64,000 bases of DNA from Escherichia phage vB_EcoM_JE01. Made by a program: the position numbers and the translations under genes. Location of the stretch: sequence record PQ471460.1; one strand, given 5' to 3'. Every line of letters starts with the position of its first letter. Within the stretch, counting starts at the first letter, position 1. The notes beneath the pieces were generated by a model. The model did no database searches and was not told the origin of the DNA. It was given only the letters and a program-made list of their open reading frames with translations. Below, one piece after another: positions 41,323 through 51,529 of this stretch.

Positions 41323-41490
41323 ATGTCAGATAAGATTTGTGTTGTCTGTAAAACTCCAATCGATTCTGCATTGGTTGTTGAAACAGACAAAGGTCCTGTA
41401 CATCCTGGGCCTTGCTATAATTATATTAAAGAACTACCAGTTTCAGAAAGTTCGGAAGAACAATTAAATGAAACTCAACTTTTGCTATAG
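41323..41490 (+). CDS. Small Cys-rich (zinc-ribbon-like) ORF, 55 aa, not in the ORF track
   Basis: ATG 41323 with GAGGAG SD; MSDKICVVCKTPIDSALVVETDKGPVHPGPCYNYIKEL... Confidence 0.5.
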   Translation: MSDKICVVCKTPIDSALVVETDKGPVHPGPCYNYIKELPVSESSEEQLNETQLLL

Positions 41491-41545
41491 TGTGACCTTT
41501 AGTCTATAGTTTTGGCCCTTCCTTTTTGGTTGGGCCTTTTTTAAT

Positions 41546-41776
41546 TTAAAAGCTTTCTTCTACTTCATCGTCTGAATCTTCTAATTCAGCTCTTTTTCCT
41601 GCCAAAGCATCTCTCACAGAGATGTCATCAGTATCTTTTAATTCAGTTTCTTTAACTCTTTTCTTGTAATAAGCTTCAAGTTCTTCTAGACCTTCTAATG
41701 TTTGACAAGAGGCAATTTTACCCATAAATTCATCAATAGAAGCTTCATAAAGAAATTGTTTAAATTCTAGTAACAT
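41546..41776 (-). CDS. UvsW.1 small acidic protein
   Basis: 76 aa from ATG 41776 (track start 41788 is TTG); adjacent to uvsW as in T4. Confidence 0.7.
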   Translation of the reverse strand: MLLEFKQFLYEASIDEFMGKIASCQTLEGLEELEAYYKKRVKETELKDTDDISVRDALAGKRAELEDSDDEVEESF

Positions 41777-41801
41777 CTTTTTCTCCAAAGGGCCGAAGCC
41801 C

Positions 41802-43310
41802 TTATAAATTAACTGTTTTCATTACGTAATTAAATTTTTCATCTGCGTAGCGCTGAATACGATCAATGCCGTGTTTTAAAAGATAGTTCAAATGAACATA
41901 TTTCTTTTTCGTATTAGCAGATTTTGGCTTGACGCCACAATCATCAATGAGGTCCCAGACCGTTGCGATTGTTTTAGAACCATGCTTACGTAATACACGA
42001 CCTATTGTTTGCAATACAATAATTTTAGATTTAACGCCGTGCGCTAAAACAACGTGATGCAGATTTTTAACTGAAATACCAGTAGAAAATACACCATAAC
42101 TAGCTACTATAATTATTCCTTTACCGTTTTCAGCTAAGGTTTTCATTACGTTGCGTGTTTCAGTATCAACTTCCCCTGATACGTAATAAACTTTATCGTA
42201 TTCATTTTTAATTAAATCGAAAATAGCTTTACCATGTGATACATGTTTAAACATGACAAAAGCGTTTTCATCTTTTTGTGCAAGTTTAATAGCTAATTTA
42301 GCGATCCATTTATTTCTTTTACTGAGCCCAGTAATAATTTTTATTTCTTCTTGGTAAGTTTTTCCCTTTAATTTAGTAGTGAACTCATCAGGATAGCGAA
42401 GAAAAATACTATTAATTTTTAACTCAGTTACTTGTCCATCTTCCATTAATTTAGAAGTCGTTACTGGCTTAAATATTTCACCAAACATTCCAACATACTG
42501 CATGATATTAGCTTTGCCATCACGCAATGAACCCGATAGACCAAATTTGAACATGCAGTTATTTAAACCTGATATGATAGATGAAATACTTTTTCCTGTG
42601 GCAAGATGGCATTCATCATTCATCATCATTCCAAACTGCGAGAACCATTCTTTTGGTTGTTTTACTACAGTTTGCCATGTACCAACAATTACCGGTGCAT
42701 CATTTTTATATTTATCATCTTTTGATGCTCCGCCGCCGATTTTCTTTATCATTGCATGACTGAATAAACGATAATCAACAAAGTCATCAGCCATCTGAGT
42801 TGTTAAAGCAGTTGTTGGAACAATGATAAGAATTTTACCTTCATAATTTTCCAAATAATAACGTGCAAGCAAAGCTTGAATTAAAGATTTACCTGCGGAT
42901 GTTGGAAGATTAAGAATTCTACGACGATTAACTAACCCTTCGAACACTGCATCTTTTTGATACCAATGCGGTTCAATTCTTTTATTTCCTGAATAGATTT
43001 CTAACTTAGAAAGCCATTCATCAAAATCTTTTCTTGATAATTCTTCTTTTTCGTTAATTTGCGGGTCAATCCAAGCTTTATAGCCAAAGTTATCACAGAA
43101 CTTTTTAATTTGTCCGACTAAACCAAACGGAAGAAGGCGATTATAATCTAAAAGACGGATTCGTCCATCCCAGTTGCCATATCTGAAGCGAGGATTAAAC
43201 CTATATCCATCGGCCTCAAACGAAAAGAAATCTCTTAATTCGTGGAACGTGCTCTCTTCACAATCGATGCGTACATGACTGAAGTCGTGAAAATGTACTT
43301 TAATATCCAT
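41802..43310 (-). CDS. uvsW: UvsW SF2 DNA helicase
   Basis: 502 aa; Walker A TSAGKS, DEAH-like NDECH; matches remembered T4 UvsW. Confidence 0.95.
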   Translation of the reverse strand: MDIKVHFHDFSHVRIDCEESTFHELRDFFSFEADGYRFNPRFRYGNWDGRIRLLDYNRLLPFGLVGQIKKFCDNFGYKAWIDPQINEKEELSRKDFDEWLSKLEIYSGNKRIEPHWYQKDAVFEGLVNRRRILNLPTSAGKSLIQALLARYYLENYEGKILIIVPTTALTTQMADDFVDYRLFSHAMIKKIGGGASKDDKYKNDAPVIVGTWQTVVKQPKEWFSQFGMMMNDECHLATGKSISSIISGLNNCMFKFGLSGSLRDGKANIMQYVGMFGEIFKPVTTSKLMEDGQVTELKINSIFLRYPDEFTTKLKGKTYQEEIKIITGLSKRNKWIAKLAIKLAQKDENAFVMFKHVSHGKAIFDLIKNEYDKVYYVSGEVDTETRNVMKTLAENGKGIIIVASYGVFSTGISVKNLHHVVLAHGVKSKIIVLQTIGRVLRKHGSKTIATVWDLIDDCGVKPKSANTKKKYVHLNYLLKHGIDRIQRYADEKFNYVMKTVNL

Positions 43311-43312
43311 AA

Positions 43313-43930
43313 TTATGCCTTACTAAATTTGCCTTTAGAGTCTCTTTTCATGAGACGACCTTTAATAAATCCGTCGGGAATAATACCGTCTGGTTGTATT
43401 AATTTATTTATTGCTCCATTATTGACCCAAAAAGTTCCTGTGGTAGTCGGTTTGACTTTACATCCTTTTCTGGACTTTCTATTAAGATGAACCATCCCTT
43501 TTACAAATCCTTCTGGAACAAGTTCTCCAGGTTTAATAAAAATATTTTTAGTTCCATTGGTGTAACAAGTTGTACCTAATACCGTGCCCGGTGAGTTTTC
43601 AAATCTCTTAGCGGAAGATTCTTTCATCTTTGCTATAACCTCTGCAGTCATAACAATTCCACCAATTCCACCAGGTTTCATATTATAATAATTTTTGCTT
43701 TTTATTAGTTCAGGAGTTATAATTTCTTCTTCATACATGTACGCTTCTTCGGAAGTTTTAAACTCTTTTAGTATTGTTCTAGAGAAATTCTTTTCACCAT
43801 ATTTCTTTATAGCCTGCTGAATTGCTTTACCGGAACCAAGGTAGCCATCATTCAAGTCATCAGTAGAGTGTTTTCCTATATACTTTTTACCATTTATTAG
43901 ATTTGTCGTTTCATATACAAAGTGGTACAT
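43313..43930 (-). CDS. segE: SegE-like GIY-YIG homing endonuclease
   Basis: 205 aa; N-terminal GIY-YIG module YHFVYETTN...KKYIGKH; located between uvsW and hoc. Confidence 0.8.
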   Translation of the reverse strand: MYHFVYETTNLINGKKYIGKHSTDDLNDGYLGSGKAIQQAIKKYGEKNFSRTILKEFKTSEEAYMYEEEIITPELIKSKNYYNMKPGGIGGIVMTAEVIAKMKESSAKRFENSPGTVLGTTCYTNGTKNIFIKPGELVPEGFVKGMVHLNRKSRKGCKVKPTTTGTFWVNNGAINKLIQPDGIIPDGFIKGRLMKRDSKGKFSKA

Positions 43931-43979
43931 ACTATTTTCCGAGTAATAAATATATCTATATTTATACTGAGGAAATATT

Positions 43980-44660
43980 ATGATAGATAAAGATTATATT
44001 GCAGAGCTGAAGGCTCTTGATGATAATAAAGAAGCTAAGGCTAAATTAGCTGAATATGCTGAACAGTTTGGTATAAAGGTCAAAAAGAATAAATCTTTTG
44101 ATAATATCGTTATTGATATTGAAGAAGCCCTCCAGAAGCTCGCTAGTGAACCTATGCCAGAGACTGATGGGTTATCTATTAAAGACTTAATCAATGCTGC
44201 TGATGCCGCAGAGGGATTAAAATATGACGATGAAGAAGTCAATCCAGAAGCGGCACTTCTGATTGATTCTCCGGTTAAATCTGACATTAAAATTGAAGTA
44301 GTAGAAACGGATAAAATTCCCGAAAATACCGATGTTTTGATTGAAGATACTCCTTTTGTTGAAGAAAAATTTGAACAGGCTGTAGCTGAGATTATTGAAT
44401 CTGAAAAGCCGTCTGTATTTACTCTTCCGGAAAACTTTAGCCCGAATCTTCAGTTGATTGGAAAAAATCCAGGATTCTGTACTGTTCCTTGGTGGATTTA
44501 TCAATGGATTGCTGAAACTCCGGATTGGAAATCTCACCCAACTAGTTTTGAACATGCGTCGGCGCATCAAACTTTGTTTAGCTTAATTTACTACATTAAT
44601 CGTGACGGATCAGTTCTAATTCGTGAAACACGTAATTCTTCTTTCGTAACATTAAAATAA
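43980..44660 (+). CDS. inh: Inh, inhibitor of prohead protease
   Basis: 226-aa ORF adjacent to hoc. Confidence 0.7.
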   Translation: MIDKDYIAELKALDDNKEAKAKLAEYAEQFGIKVKKNKSFDNIVIDIEEALQKLASEPMPETDGLSIKDLINAADAAEGLKYDDEEVNPEAALLIDSPVKSDIKIEVVETDKIPENTDVLIEDTPFVEEKFEQAVAEIIESEKPSVFTLPENFSPNLQLIGKNPGFCTVPWWIYQWIAETPDWKSHPTSFEHASAHQTLFSLIYYINRDGSVLIRETRNSSFVTLK

Positions 44661-44669
44661 GGATAACTT

Positions 44670-45800
44670 ATGGCTTTTACAGTTGATATAACTCCTAAAA
44701 CACCTACTGGAGTTATAGATCAGACTCAGCAGTTTACTGCTACACCCAGTGGTGAAACTGGAGGTGGAACTATTACCTATGCTTGGACTGTAGACGACGC
44801 TCCACAGGAAGAAACGTCAGCAACTTTTAGTTATGTACTAAAAGGACCTGCCGGGCAAAAGACCATTAAAGTAGTTGCAACCAATCAAGTTGCCGATAGT
44901 AGTCCCGAAACAGCTGAAATTAGTACAACTATCACAGTTCAAAATAAGACACAGACAACTACCTTAGCTGTAACTCCTGATAGTCCTGCTGCTGGAGTGA
45001 TTGGAACTCCTGTTGAATTTACTGCTGCTTTAGCTTCTCAACCACCAGGCGCATCTGCTACGTATCAGTGGCATGTAGATGATTCTCCTGTTAGTGAAGC
45101 AACTTCCGCTACATTTAGCTATACTCCAACTACAAGTGGAGTAAAAAGAATTAAATGCGTAGCCCAAGTAACAGCGACAGATTATGATGCAAAGGAAGTT
45201 ACTTCTAATGAAGTATCACTGACTGTTAATAAGAAGACAATGAATCCACAAGTTACATTGACTCCTCCTTCTATTAATGTTCAGCAAGATGCTTCGGCTA
45301 CATTTACTGCTAACGTTACGGATGCTCCGGAAGAAGCACAAATTACGTATTCATGGAAGAAAGATTCTTCTCCTGTAGAAGGGTCAACTAATGTATACAC
45401 CGTTGATACATCATCTATTGGAAGTCAAACTATTGAAGTTACTGCAACTGTTACAGCAACTGACTATGATAGCAAAACTATTACAGCAGAAGGTCAAGTT
45501 CAGGTAACTGATAAAGTTGCTCCGGAACCGGAAGGTGAATTGCCTTATGTTCATCCTCTTCCACATCGTACTTCAGCTTATATCTGGTGCGGTTGGTGGG
45601 TTATGGATGAAATCCAAAAAATGACTGAAGAAGGTAAAGATTGGAAAACTGACGATCCAGATAGTAAGTACTACTTGCATCGTTACACTCTTCAGAAGAT
45701 GATGAAAGACTATCCAGAAGTTGATGTTCAAGAATCGCGTAATGGATACATCATTCATAAAACTGCTTTAGAAACTGGTATCATCTATACCTATCCATAA
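44670..45800 (+). CDS. hoc: Hoc, highly immunogenic outer capsid protein
   Basis: 376 aa with tandem Ig-like repeats (TYAWTVDD, TYQWHVDD, TYSWKKD). Confidence 0.9.
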   Translation: MAFTVDITPKTPTGVIDQTQQFTATPSGETGGGTITYAWTVDDAPQEETSATFSYVLKGPAGQKTIKVVATNQVADSSPETAEISTTITVQNKTQTTTLAVTPDSPAAGVIGTPVEFTAALASQPPGASATYQWHVDDSPVSEATSATFSYTPTTSGVKRIKCVAQVTATDYDAKEVTSNEVSLTVNKKTMNPQVTLTPPSINVQQDASATFTANVTDAPEEAQITYSWKKDSSPVEGSTNVYTVDTSSIGSQTIEVTATVTATDYDSKTITAEGQVQVTDKVAPEPEGELPYVHPLPHRTSAYIWCGWWVMDEIQKMTEEGKDWKTDDPDSKYYLHRYTLQKMMKDYPEVDVQESRNGYIIHKTALETGIIYTYP

Positions 45801-45804
45801 TCTC

Positions 45805-45826
45805 AGGGGCTTCGGCCCCTTTCTTC
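45805..45826 (+). terminator. UUCG-tetraloop hairpin terminator after hoc
   Basis: aggggcttcggcccct followed by T-rich tract. Confidence 0.65.
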
Positions 45827-45888
45827 ATTTTGAAAGCACACAAAACACAATCAGAAAACGATGTATATAATGGCACCAACTCGATAAC

Positions 45889-46104
45889 ATGAGATTGATT
45901 ATGAGAACTGAGGTTGTGGTGTTTACACTCCATGAGTCTGGAAAGTCATTCATTGAAATTGCTCGTGAATTGAACTTACAGGCAAAGGAAGCGGCTGTAT
46001 TATGGGCTCGAGCTATGACTGCTAAGAATAAATTTGAGACTCGAGAAAAAGTTGTCTATAGAAAAAGACATATTAATAAGAAGGTGAAAAATGGAACAGT
46101 ATGA
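45889..46104 (+). CDS. Small basic ORF (71 aa), 24.3-like
   Basis: ORF between hoc and rnlB. Confidence 0.5.
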   Translation: MRLIMRTEVVVFTLHESGKSFIEIARELNLQAKEAAVLWARAMTAKNKFETREKVVYRKRHINKKVKNGTV

Positions 46105-46369
46105 TCTTTATGAAAATGAATCTTTTGCTAATCAATTACGCGAAAAAGCACTTAAAAGCAAACAGTTTAAGCTAGAGTGTTTTATTAAAGATTTTTCGGA
46201 ACTTGCTAATAAAGCAGCTGAACAAGGTAAAACATATTTTAGTTATTATTGCACTGCTCGTGATAAATTGATTACTGAAGAAATTGGTGATTGGCTGAGA
46301 AAAGAAGGATTTAGCTTTAAAGCCAATAGTGACCAGCGTGATGGTGATTGGTTAGAAATTACATTTTGA
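46091..46369 (+). CDS. Small ORF (92 aa), 24.2-like
   Basis: ORF between hoc and rnlB. Confidence 0.5.
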   Translation: MEQYDLYENESFANQLREKALKSKQFKLECFIKDFSELANKAAEQGKTYFSYYCTARDKLITEEIGDWLRKEGFSFKANSDQRDGDWLEITF

Positions 46370-46378
46370 GGATTAATT

Positions 46379-47377
46379 ATGTTTAAAAAGTATAGCAGTC
46401 TTGAAAATCATTACAATTCTAAATTCATTGAAAAACTTTACAGTTTAGGATTGACTGGCGGCGAATGGGTAGCTCGTGAAAAGATTCACGGTACAAACTT
46501 TTCATTGATTATTGAGCGTGATAAAGCAACTTGTGCTAAACGTACTGGACCGATTCTTCCTGTTGAAGATTTCTTTGGGTATGAAATTATTCTAAAGAAT
46601 TATGCTGATTCCATTAAAGCAGTACAAGATATCATGGAAACTTCAGCAGTTGTATCTTATCAAGTCTTTGGCGAATTTGCTGGACCTGGCATTCAGAAGA
46701 ATGTCGATTATGGTGATAAAGATTTTTATGTATTTGACATTATTGTTACTACCGAAAGTGGTGATGTGACTTATGTCGATGATTATATGATGGAATCATT
46801 CTGTAATACATTTAAAATGGCTCCACTTTTGGGTCGCGGTAAATTTGAAGAGCTTATTAAATTGCCAAATGATTTAGATTCTGTCGTCCAAGATTATAAT
46901 TTTACAGTAGACCATGCTGGATTAGTTGATGCAAATAAATGTGTTTGGAATGCCGAAGCAAAAGGCGAAGTATTTACCGCTGAAGGTTATGTATTGAAAC
47001 CTTGTTATCCTTCTTGGATGCCTAATGGCAATCGCGTAGCAATTAAATGCAAGAACTCTAAATTTAGTGAAAAGAAAAAGTCTGATAAGCCTATTAAAGC
47101 TAAAGTTGAATTGTCAGAAGCTGATAACAAGCTGATGGGAATTTTAGCTTGCTACGTTACACTGAACCGAGTAAATAACGTTATTTCTAAAATTGGAGAA
47201 ATTAGTCCAAAAGATTTTGGAAAGGTGATGGGACTAACTGTTCAAGATATTTTGGAAGAAACTTCTCGTGAAGGTATTACTCTAACTCAAGCGGATAATC
47301 CTTCTTTAGTTAAAAAGGAATTAGTTAAAATGGTACAAGATGTACTTCGTCCGGCTTGGATTGAATTGGTAAGTTAA
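46379..47377 (+). CDS. rnlB: RNA ligase 2
   Basis: 332 aa; adenylation lysine motif EKIHGTN; matches remembered T4 Rnl2. Confidence 0.9.
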   Translation: MFKKYSSLENHYNSKFIEKLYSLGLTGGEWVAREKIHGTNFSLIIERDKATCAKRTGPILPVEDFFGYEIILKNYADSIKAVQDIMETSAVVSYQVFGEFAGPGIQKNVDYGDKDFYVFDIIVTTESGDVTYVDDYMMESFCNTFKMAPLLGRGKFEELIKLPNDLDSVVQDYNFTVDHAGLVDANKCVWNAEAKGEVFTAEGYVLKPCYPSWMPNGNRVAIKCKNSKFSEKKKSDKPIKAKVELSEADNKLMGILACYVTLNRVNNVISKIGEISPKDFGKVMGLTVQDILEETSREGITLTQADNPSLVKKELVKMVQDVLRPAWIELVS

Positions 47378-47383
47378 ATAAAA

Positions 47384-47406
47384 AGGGACCTTTCGGTCCC
47401 TTTGTT
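47384..47406. terminator. Bidirectional hairpin terminator between convergent rnlB and gene 24
   Basis: agggacctttcggtccct flanked by A-run and T-run. Confidence 0.7.
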
Positions 47407-48690
47407 TTATTCATCAACGATAATTTTTGGTAGCTTAACACCCAATAAAACAGACAGATCTGAACGACCCGCCATTTTATCCATGTCTCCGCCATCAATT
47501 ATTCTTGCTTCTTTTTCATCTTTTGCTACAGTGTAAGGATTTGCAGATAAAGCATATCTAACTAATAAACCGATAGATGGCTGCAAACTTTCTGGATCAA
47601 CTACAACTTTAAATGCACCTACATGTTCAGGGTCATCTAAGTCAAGACCTTCTGTATACGGAGCATAGAAAATTGATCCAACAATTTCTTTTTCGCCAAT
47701 ATTTTCTACCACGCCAACGATTACATAATCTAATGGGCTGTTAGTATCGCAATAAAGCGGTAAACCATTAGCTAAGAACCCGTAGGCATTTTGTGAAAGA
47801 TATTTATCATCTTCTGGTTTATGTTTTAACCAACCTGATGCAGCAAGAATCGCAGCAGCACGAGCTGAAGCAACACAGAACGTTGCTGTATAAGTTGATT
47901 CTTTTTGGATATGTGAAACCATTTCACATACCATTCGGTATAATGAACGACCGGCTTCAGGTGCAGATGCATAGCTCAAATCAATGAATCCAGTATCAGT
48001 AATTCCTGTAACTTTATATCGTTTTGATACTGTAATCAAAGACTGTAAAATATCTTTATTGATTTCATCCGCCATTTCAGTTGCAAGCAAATCTTCCAAG
48101 AAATTAGGAGCATCGAATCCATTTGCTTCTAAATCTTGTGCCAATTCAACTGTGATGCCAGTTTTAAGTTTACGAGATTTAACTGCGGTTTGCCATTTAT
48201 TAATCTGGAATCTAGCATCCGCAATTTCGCTATCAGAGCTTTCAAATTTGCTCGTTGACGCTGCGTCAGAAAATAGACGAACCTTTAAAAGAACAATTGC
48301 AATCTGAAGAGCTAATTCTAAATCGCTTTCTTCAATAGTAGCAAATGGTGTATCTTCTAATACTTTATAGACGATATTATTGTATTTGAATAAATCGCCT
48401 TTATTGAGAGTTAATTTAGACTCTTCTGTTAATTCTGTGATTTGTTCTCGGTCTACATACCCAGCTTCGCCAGCGTAAGTAGCACCAGTTTTAAAAGTAA
48501 ATTCGTTATCTGGATTAAGGTATTTGATACCATAAAAAGCAGCAACAGGTTGATTAGTTCTTTGCGTTGCTACAATGTCAGAATATATTAATTTAGTGGT
48601 AGCGCGAGTCAAAGCAACGAGATTTGGGCGACCGATTGAGTTGCTATTCGTTGTGGTTGATTCGCGCAAAAGTTCGTTGATTTTAGCCAT
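47407..48690 (-). CDS. 24: gp24 head vertex protein
   Basis: 427-aa ORF with sequence similarity to the gp23 capsid fold. Confidence 0.9.
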   Translation of the reverse strand: MAKINELLRESTTTNSNSIGRPNLVALTRATTKLIYSDIVATQRTNQPVAAFYGIKYLNPDNEFTFKTGATYAGEAGYVDREQITELTEESKLTLNKGDLFKYNNIVYKVLEDTPFATIEESDLELALQIAIVLLKVRLFSDAASTSKFESSDSEIADARFQINKWQTAVKSRKLKTGITVELAQDLEANGFDAPNFLEDLLATEMADEINKDILQSLITVSKRYKVTGITDTGFIDLSYASAPEAGRSLYRMVCEMVSHIQKESTYTATFCVASARAAAILAASGWLKHKPEDDKYLSQNAYGFLANGLPLYCDTNSPLDYVIVGVVENIGEKEIVGSIFYAPYTEGLDLDDPEHVGAFKVVVDPESLQPSIGLLVRYALSANPYTVAKDEKEARIIDGGDMDKMAGRSDLSVLLGVKLPKIIVDE

Positions 48691-48718
48691 TGCGCTTTCC
48701 TTGTTGAGAGTATATGTT

Positions 48719-48726
48719 TATTTATA
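48719..48726 (-). promoter_or_regulatory. Late promoter (TATAAATA) for gene 24
   Basis: Plus-strand tatttata about 30 nt upstream of gp24 ATG. Confidence 0.6.
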
Positions 48727-48733
48727 AAAGTTG

Positions 48734-48762
48734 TTTACAGCAAGGTTATCACATGTTACTAT
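48734..48762 (+). promoter_or_regulatory. Early promoter (GTTTAC -35, TACTAT -10)
   Basis: gtttac 48734..48739; 17-bp spacer; tactat 48757..48762. Confidence 0.45.
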
Positions 48763-48792
48763 AGACCTATCAAAAACATGAGGAGATTAAAA

Positions 48793-49059
48793 ATGAACAA
48801 GTTAAACTTTATTCGTACTACTCTGTCCGCTCTTGATAAAGACATCAAAGCCCTGGTAGAAAAATATGGTTCCAATCCTAACGGTAATGCAGTGAATGCC
48901 CTAGTTAAGAAATATGAAACCATGGCTTATGCTACTGACTTCTGGTGGAACGGTGAATATTCTACCCATACCAAAGACAAATCTGGTAACTGGCTGAAAA
49001 TCCAAGAAAATCGTATTGACTTCCGTGACATCATCAACCGTCGAGTTAAGATTGCGTAG
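48793..49059 (+). CDS. Hypothetical protein between genes 24 and 23 (about 88 aa)
   Basis: ATG 48793 with GAGGAG SD; own promoter and terminator; no endonuclease motif. Confidence 0.55.
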   Translation: MNKLNFIRTTLSALDKDIKALVEKYGSNPNGNAVNALVKKYETMAYATDFWWNGEYSTHTKDKSGNWLKIQENRIDFRDIINRRVKIA

Positions 49060-49062
49060 TAT

Positions 49063-49084
49063 AGAAACAAGAATGGGAGACCGA
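49063..49084. terminator. Bidirectional hairpin terminator
   Basis: atgggagaccgaagtctcccat between the + ORF and gene 23 (-). Confidence 0.65.
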
Positions 49085-49108
49085 AGTCTCCCATAATAAG
49101 GTTATATC

Positions 49109-50674
49109 TTAGATACCTTTAACATATACACGGCGGAAGTAAGCGTTTTTACCAAGGCTATTCAGAATAGAAGGCATACCGCTCTGGATGCGAGAAGCCG
49201 GAGCCTGAGCAGCGGATTCTGCAAATGGGTTGATACCGATACCGTAACGAGTTTTGAATCCCATTACTGGTTGGAAGTTCTTCGGATCGGAACCACGCAG
49301 CGGAGTCAGAGCTACATATGGAGCGTAGTAAATACCAGCATCCATTTCGTTCGGACCTTTATAACCTACAGTGAAATAATCCTGTTTAGCATACTGGTCG
49401 ATATATACACGATATTTACCACCCAGAACACCAGCAAATACTGACTTGGTAGTATCAGTGTTAAAGCCGGTAGCCAGACCCTGTGCAGCATAAGAAATGC
49501 CAGTATCAACTGAAGCCAGAACGTTAACTACGTTACGGGAAGCGATAATGAAGTTACCTTCACCACGACCGGTCTGACGAGCAATTTCAACTGCTTCTTT
49601 GTCAATCTGGAACAACAGAGCTTTAAAGGATTCACCCGCCCAGCGAGCACCACGAATATCAATCGGATCCTGGAAGTCAAATACACCAGCTTTAGAACCT
49701 GGAGTCAGGGTCATACCAGATTTACCAACCTGAGCTGAGTAGTTAATCCAATCAACAACTTCGCGGTTGATTTCCAGCATGATTTCGGTAGCTAGAATAC
49801 CAGACAGTTCAGCATCAGCATCCATACCGTGAACAGCGCGGAGGTCTTGTGCTAATTCGATAGAGTAAGCAGCTTTCAGCTGGCGAGATTTAGCTTCGAT
49901 AACTTGTTTATCGATACGGAAGCCCATTTCATTCCATGGGTTATCGGTAGAACCGTTGAAACCTTCCTGAAGTTCAGCGATAGAAGTAGCCATACCTTCA
50001 GCGATTTCTACTAGTACACCAGCTTCCATTTGTTTCTTAATTTCAGCATCTAATTTAGCTGCATCAGTTGCGCTTGCACTAATTGTTACTTGAGCAGAAG
50101 CCTGCAGATACACAGTACCAGTGTCCTGGAAGAAGTGAGTATAGATATCACCTACTGTGGTTTCTGTGCTAGCAGCCAGCGCCGGGAATTTCTTAGCAGC
50201 ACCCTGACCAGAGAACATTGCATCTGGACCATACATTGGGTGGAATGCTTCTTTAGCGCCGGCAGCGATTGGGTCTTTACCATATACTGCGCGCAGTGCG
50301 AATACCTGACCAGTTGGGCTGTTCATCGGCTGAACACCGCAAATATCAAAAGCAATCAGGTTAGGAATAGCACGACGTACCATACCCATAACAGCTGGGC
50401 CAATCTGAGTTACTGCGCCAGAAGTCTGACCAGCAGCGATGTTAGTAGCGTTGTAACCGTGGTCACCACCGATTTCAGCTTCTGTTAAGAAAGAACCGAA
50501 CGCCTGAGCGATTTTTTCGTCTTTGTACTCTGGAGCTGTCTGGAAATCTTTTTCCTGGTTTTCAAAGATTTTAGCGATAATCGCTTGTTTGCTATTAGCA
50601 ATTTCCGGTAAACCTTCACCTTCCAGTAATGGCTTCCATTTGTTCAAAAGTTCAGCTTTAGTTTTGATAGTCAT
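49109..50674 (-). CDS. 23: gp23 major capsid protein
   Basis: 521 aa MTIKTKAELLNKWKPLLEGEGLPEIANSKQ... matches remembered T4 gp23. Confidence 0.95.
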   Translation of the reverse strand: MTIKTKAELLNKWKPLLEGEGLPEIANSKQAIIAKIFENQEKDFQTAPEYKDEKIAQAFGSFLTEAEIGGDHGYNATNIAAGQTSGAVTQIGPAVMGMVRRAIPNLIAFDICGVQPMNSPTGQVFALRAVYGKDPIAAGAKEAFHPMYGPDAMFSGQGAAKKFPALAASTETTVGDIYTHFFQDTGTVYLQASAQVTISASATDAAKLDAEIKKQMEAGVLVEIAEGMATSIAELQEGFNGSTDNPWNEMGFRIDKQVIEAKSRQLKAAYSIELAQDLRAVHGMDADAELSGILATEIMLEINREVVDWINYSAQVGKSGMTLTPGSKAGVFDFQDPIDIRGARWAGESFKALLFQIDKEAVEIARQTGRGEGNFIIASRNVVNVLASVDTGISYAAQGLATGFNTDTTKSVFAGVLGGKYRVYIDQYAKQDYFTVGYKGPNEMDAGIYYAPYVALTPLRGSDPKNFQPVMGFKTRYGIGINPFAESAAQAPASRIQSGMPSILNSLGKNAYFRRVYVKGI

Positions 50675-50692
50675 TTGTGTTAACCTTTAAAA

Positions 50693-51502
50693 TTAGAAAC
50701 GAGATGCGACTTTCGCATATACACTTACAATATCTTCTGCACCAGGTGCAGCTTTATCTTCTACAGCTTCAGTGACGAAATTCAGTCCGGCTGCTTCAGT
50801 ATCAGGAGTATTTATACCCTCAGTAATAGTGCTTTCATCTTTATTAGACTTCTTCACCATTTCTACGATGGCACTCAATTTATTTGAGAATTCATCTGAA
50901 TAATCCATACCTTCGACCAGAGCAGAGACTTTTTCTTTTTGAGACTCAGTCAGATCTTTAGTACTTTCGCTCAATGCCACTTCACGCTGCACATAATTGA
51001 TATATGCGTCACGCTTATTGAGTTCTTCGAACAGACGAGCTGATTCTTCTTTATGTTCTTGCAGCTCTTCTTCCATTTCAGCCACAACATCAACTGATTC
51101 TTCTGGAACAACAACGTTGTGTTCAACAAAGAGCTCTTTTAATCCACCAAGCATGGATTCAAACAGTTCGGCTTTGATGCCTTTATCAACTGCTAATTTA
51201 TTTTCAGCGAGCCATTCTTTCGCAAGATGGTCGATGAATTTAGAAGCTTGCTCAGCGATTTTCTTCTCAGCTTTTTCTTCGGCTTCTTCTTTATTTTTTT
51301 CTACTTCTTCTTCTGCTTTTTCAGCAATTTTAGCGATATGAGATTCAGCTAATTTAACGGCGTGCTGCTTGACGGTAGCTTCGAATACAGTGCCGAAAGT
51401 TTCTTTTGCTTCCGGAGAAATATTAACTGATTCGAAAATACTATCAAGAGCAACGGAAGCATCAATTTTTTGCGCTTCAGCAATCAGTTGTTCTTTAAGC
51501 AT
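50693..51502 (-). CDS. 22: gp22 prohead core scaffolding protein
   Basis: 269 aa, highly charged alpha-helical. Confidence 0.9.
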   Translation of the reverse strand: MLKEQLIAEAQKIDASVALDSIFESVNISPEAKETFGTVFEATVKQHAVKLAESHIAKIAEKAEEEVEKNKEEAEEKAEKKIAEQASKFIDHLAKEWLAENKLAVDKGIKAELFESMLGGLKELFVEHNVVVPEESVDVVAEMEEELQEHKEESARLFEELNKRDAYINYVQREVALSESTKDLTESQKEKVSALVEGMDYSDEFSNKLSAIVEMVKKSNKDESTITEGINTPDTEAAGLNFVTEAVEDKAAPGAEDIVSVYAKVASRF

Positions 51503-51529
51503 TTTGTAGTCCTGTTGTTTAGATAATAA

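Noticed and set aside
42502-42763. Two plus-strand ORFs inside uvsW
   Set aside because: Antisense shadows within the UvsW helicase gene.
50997-51341. Plus-strand 114-aa Ser/Ala-rich ORF
   Set aside because: Lies entirely antisense within gene 22, whose charged helical sequence produces this shadow frame.
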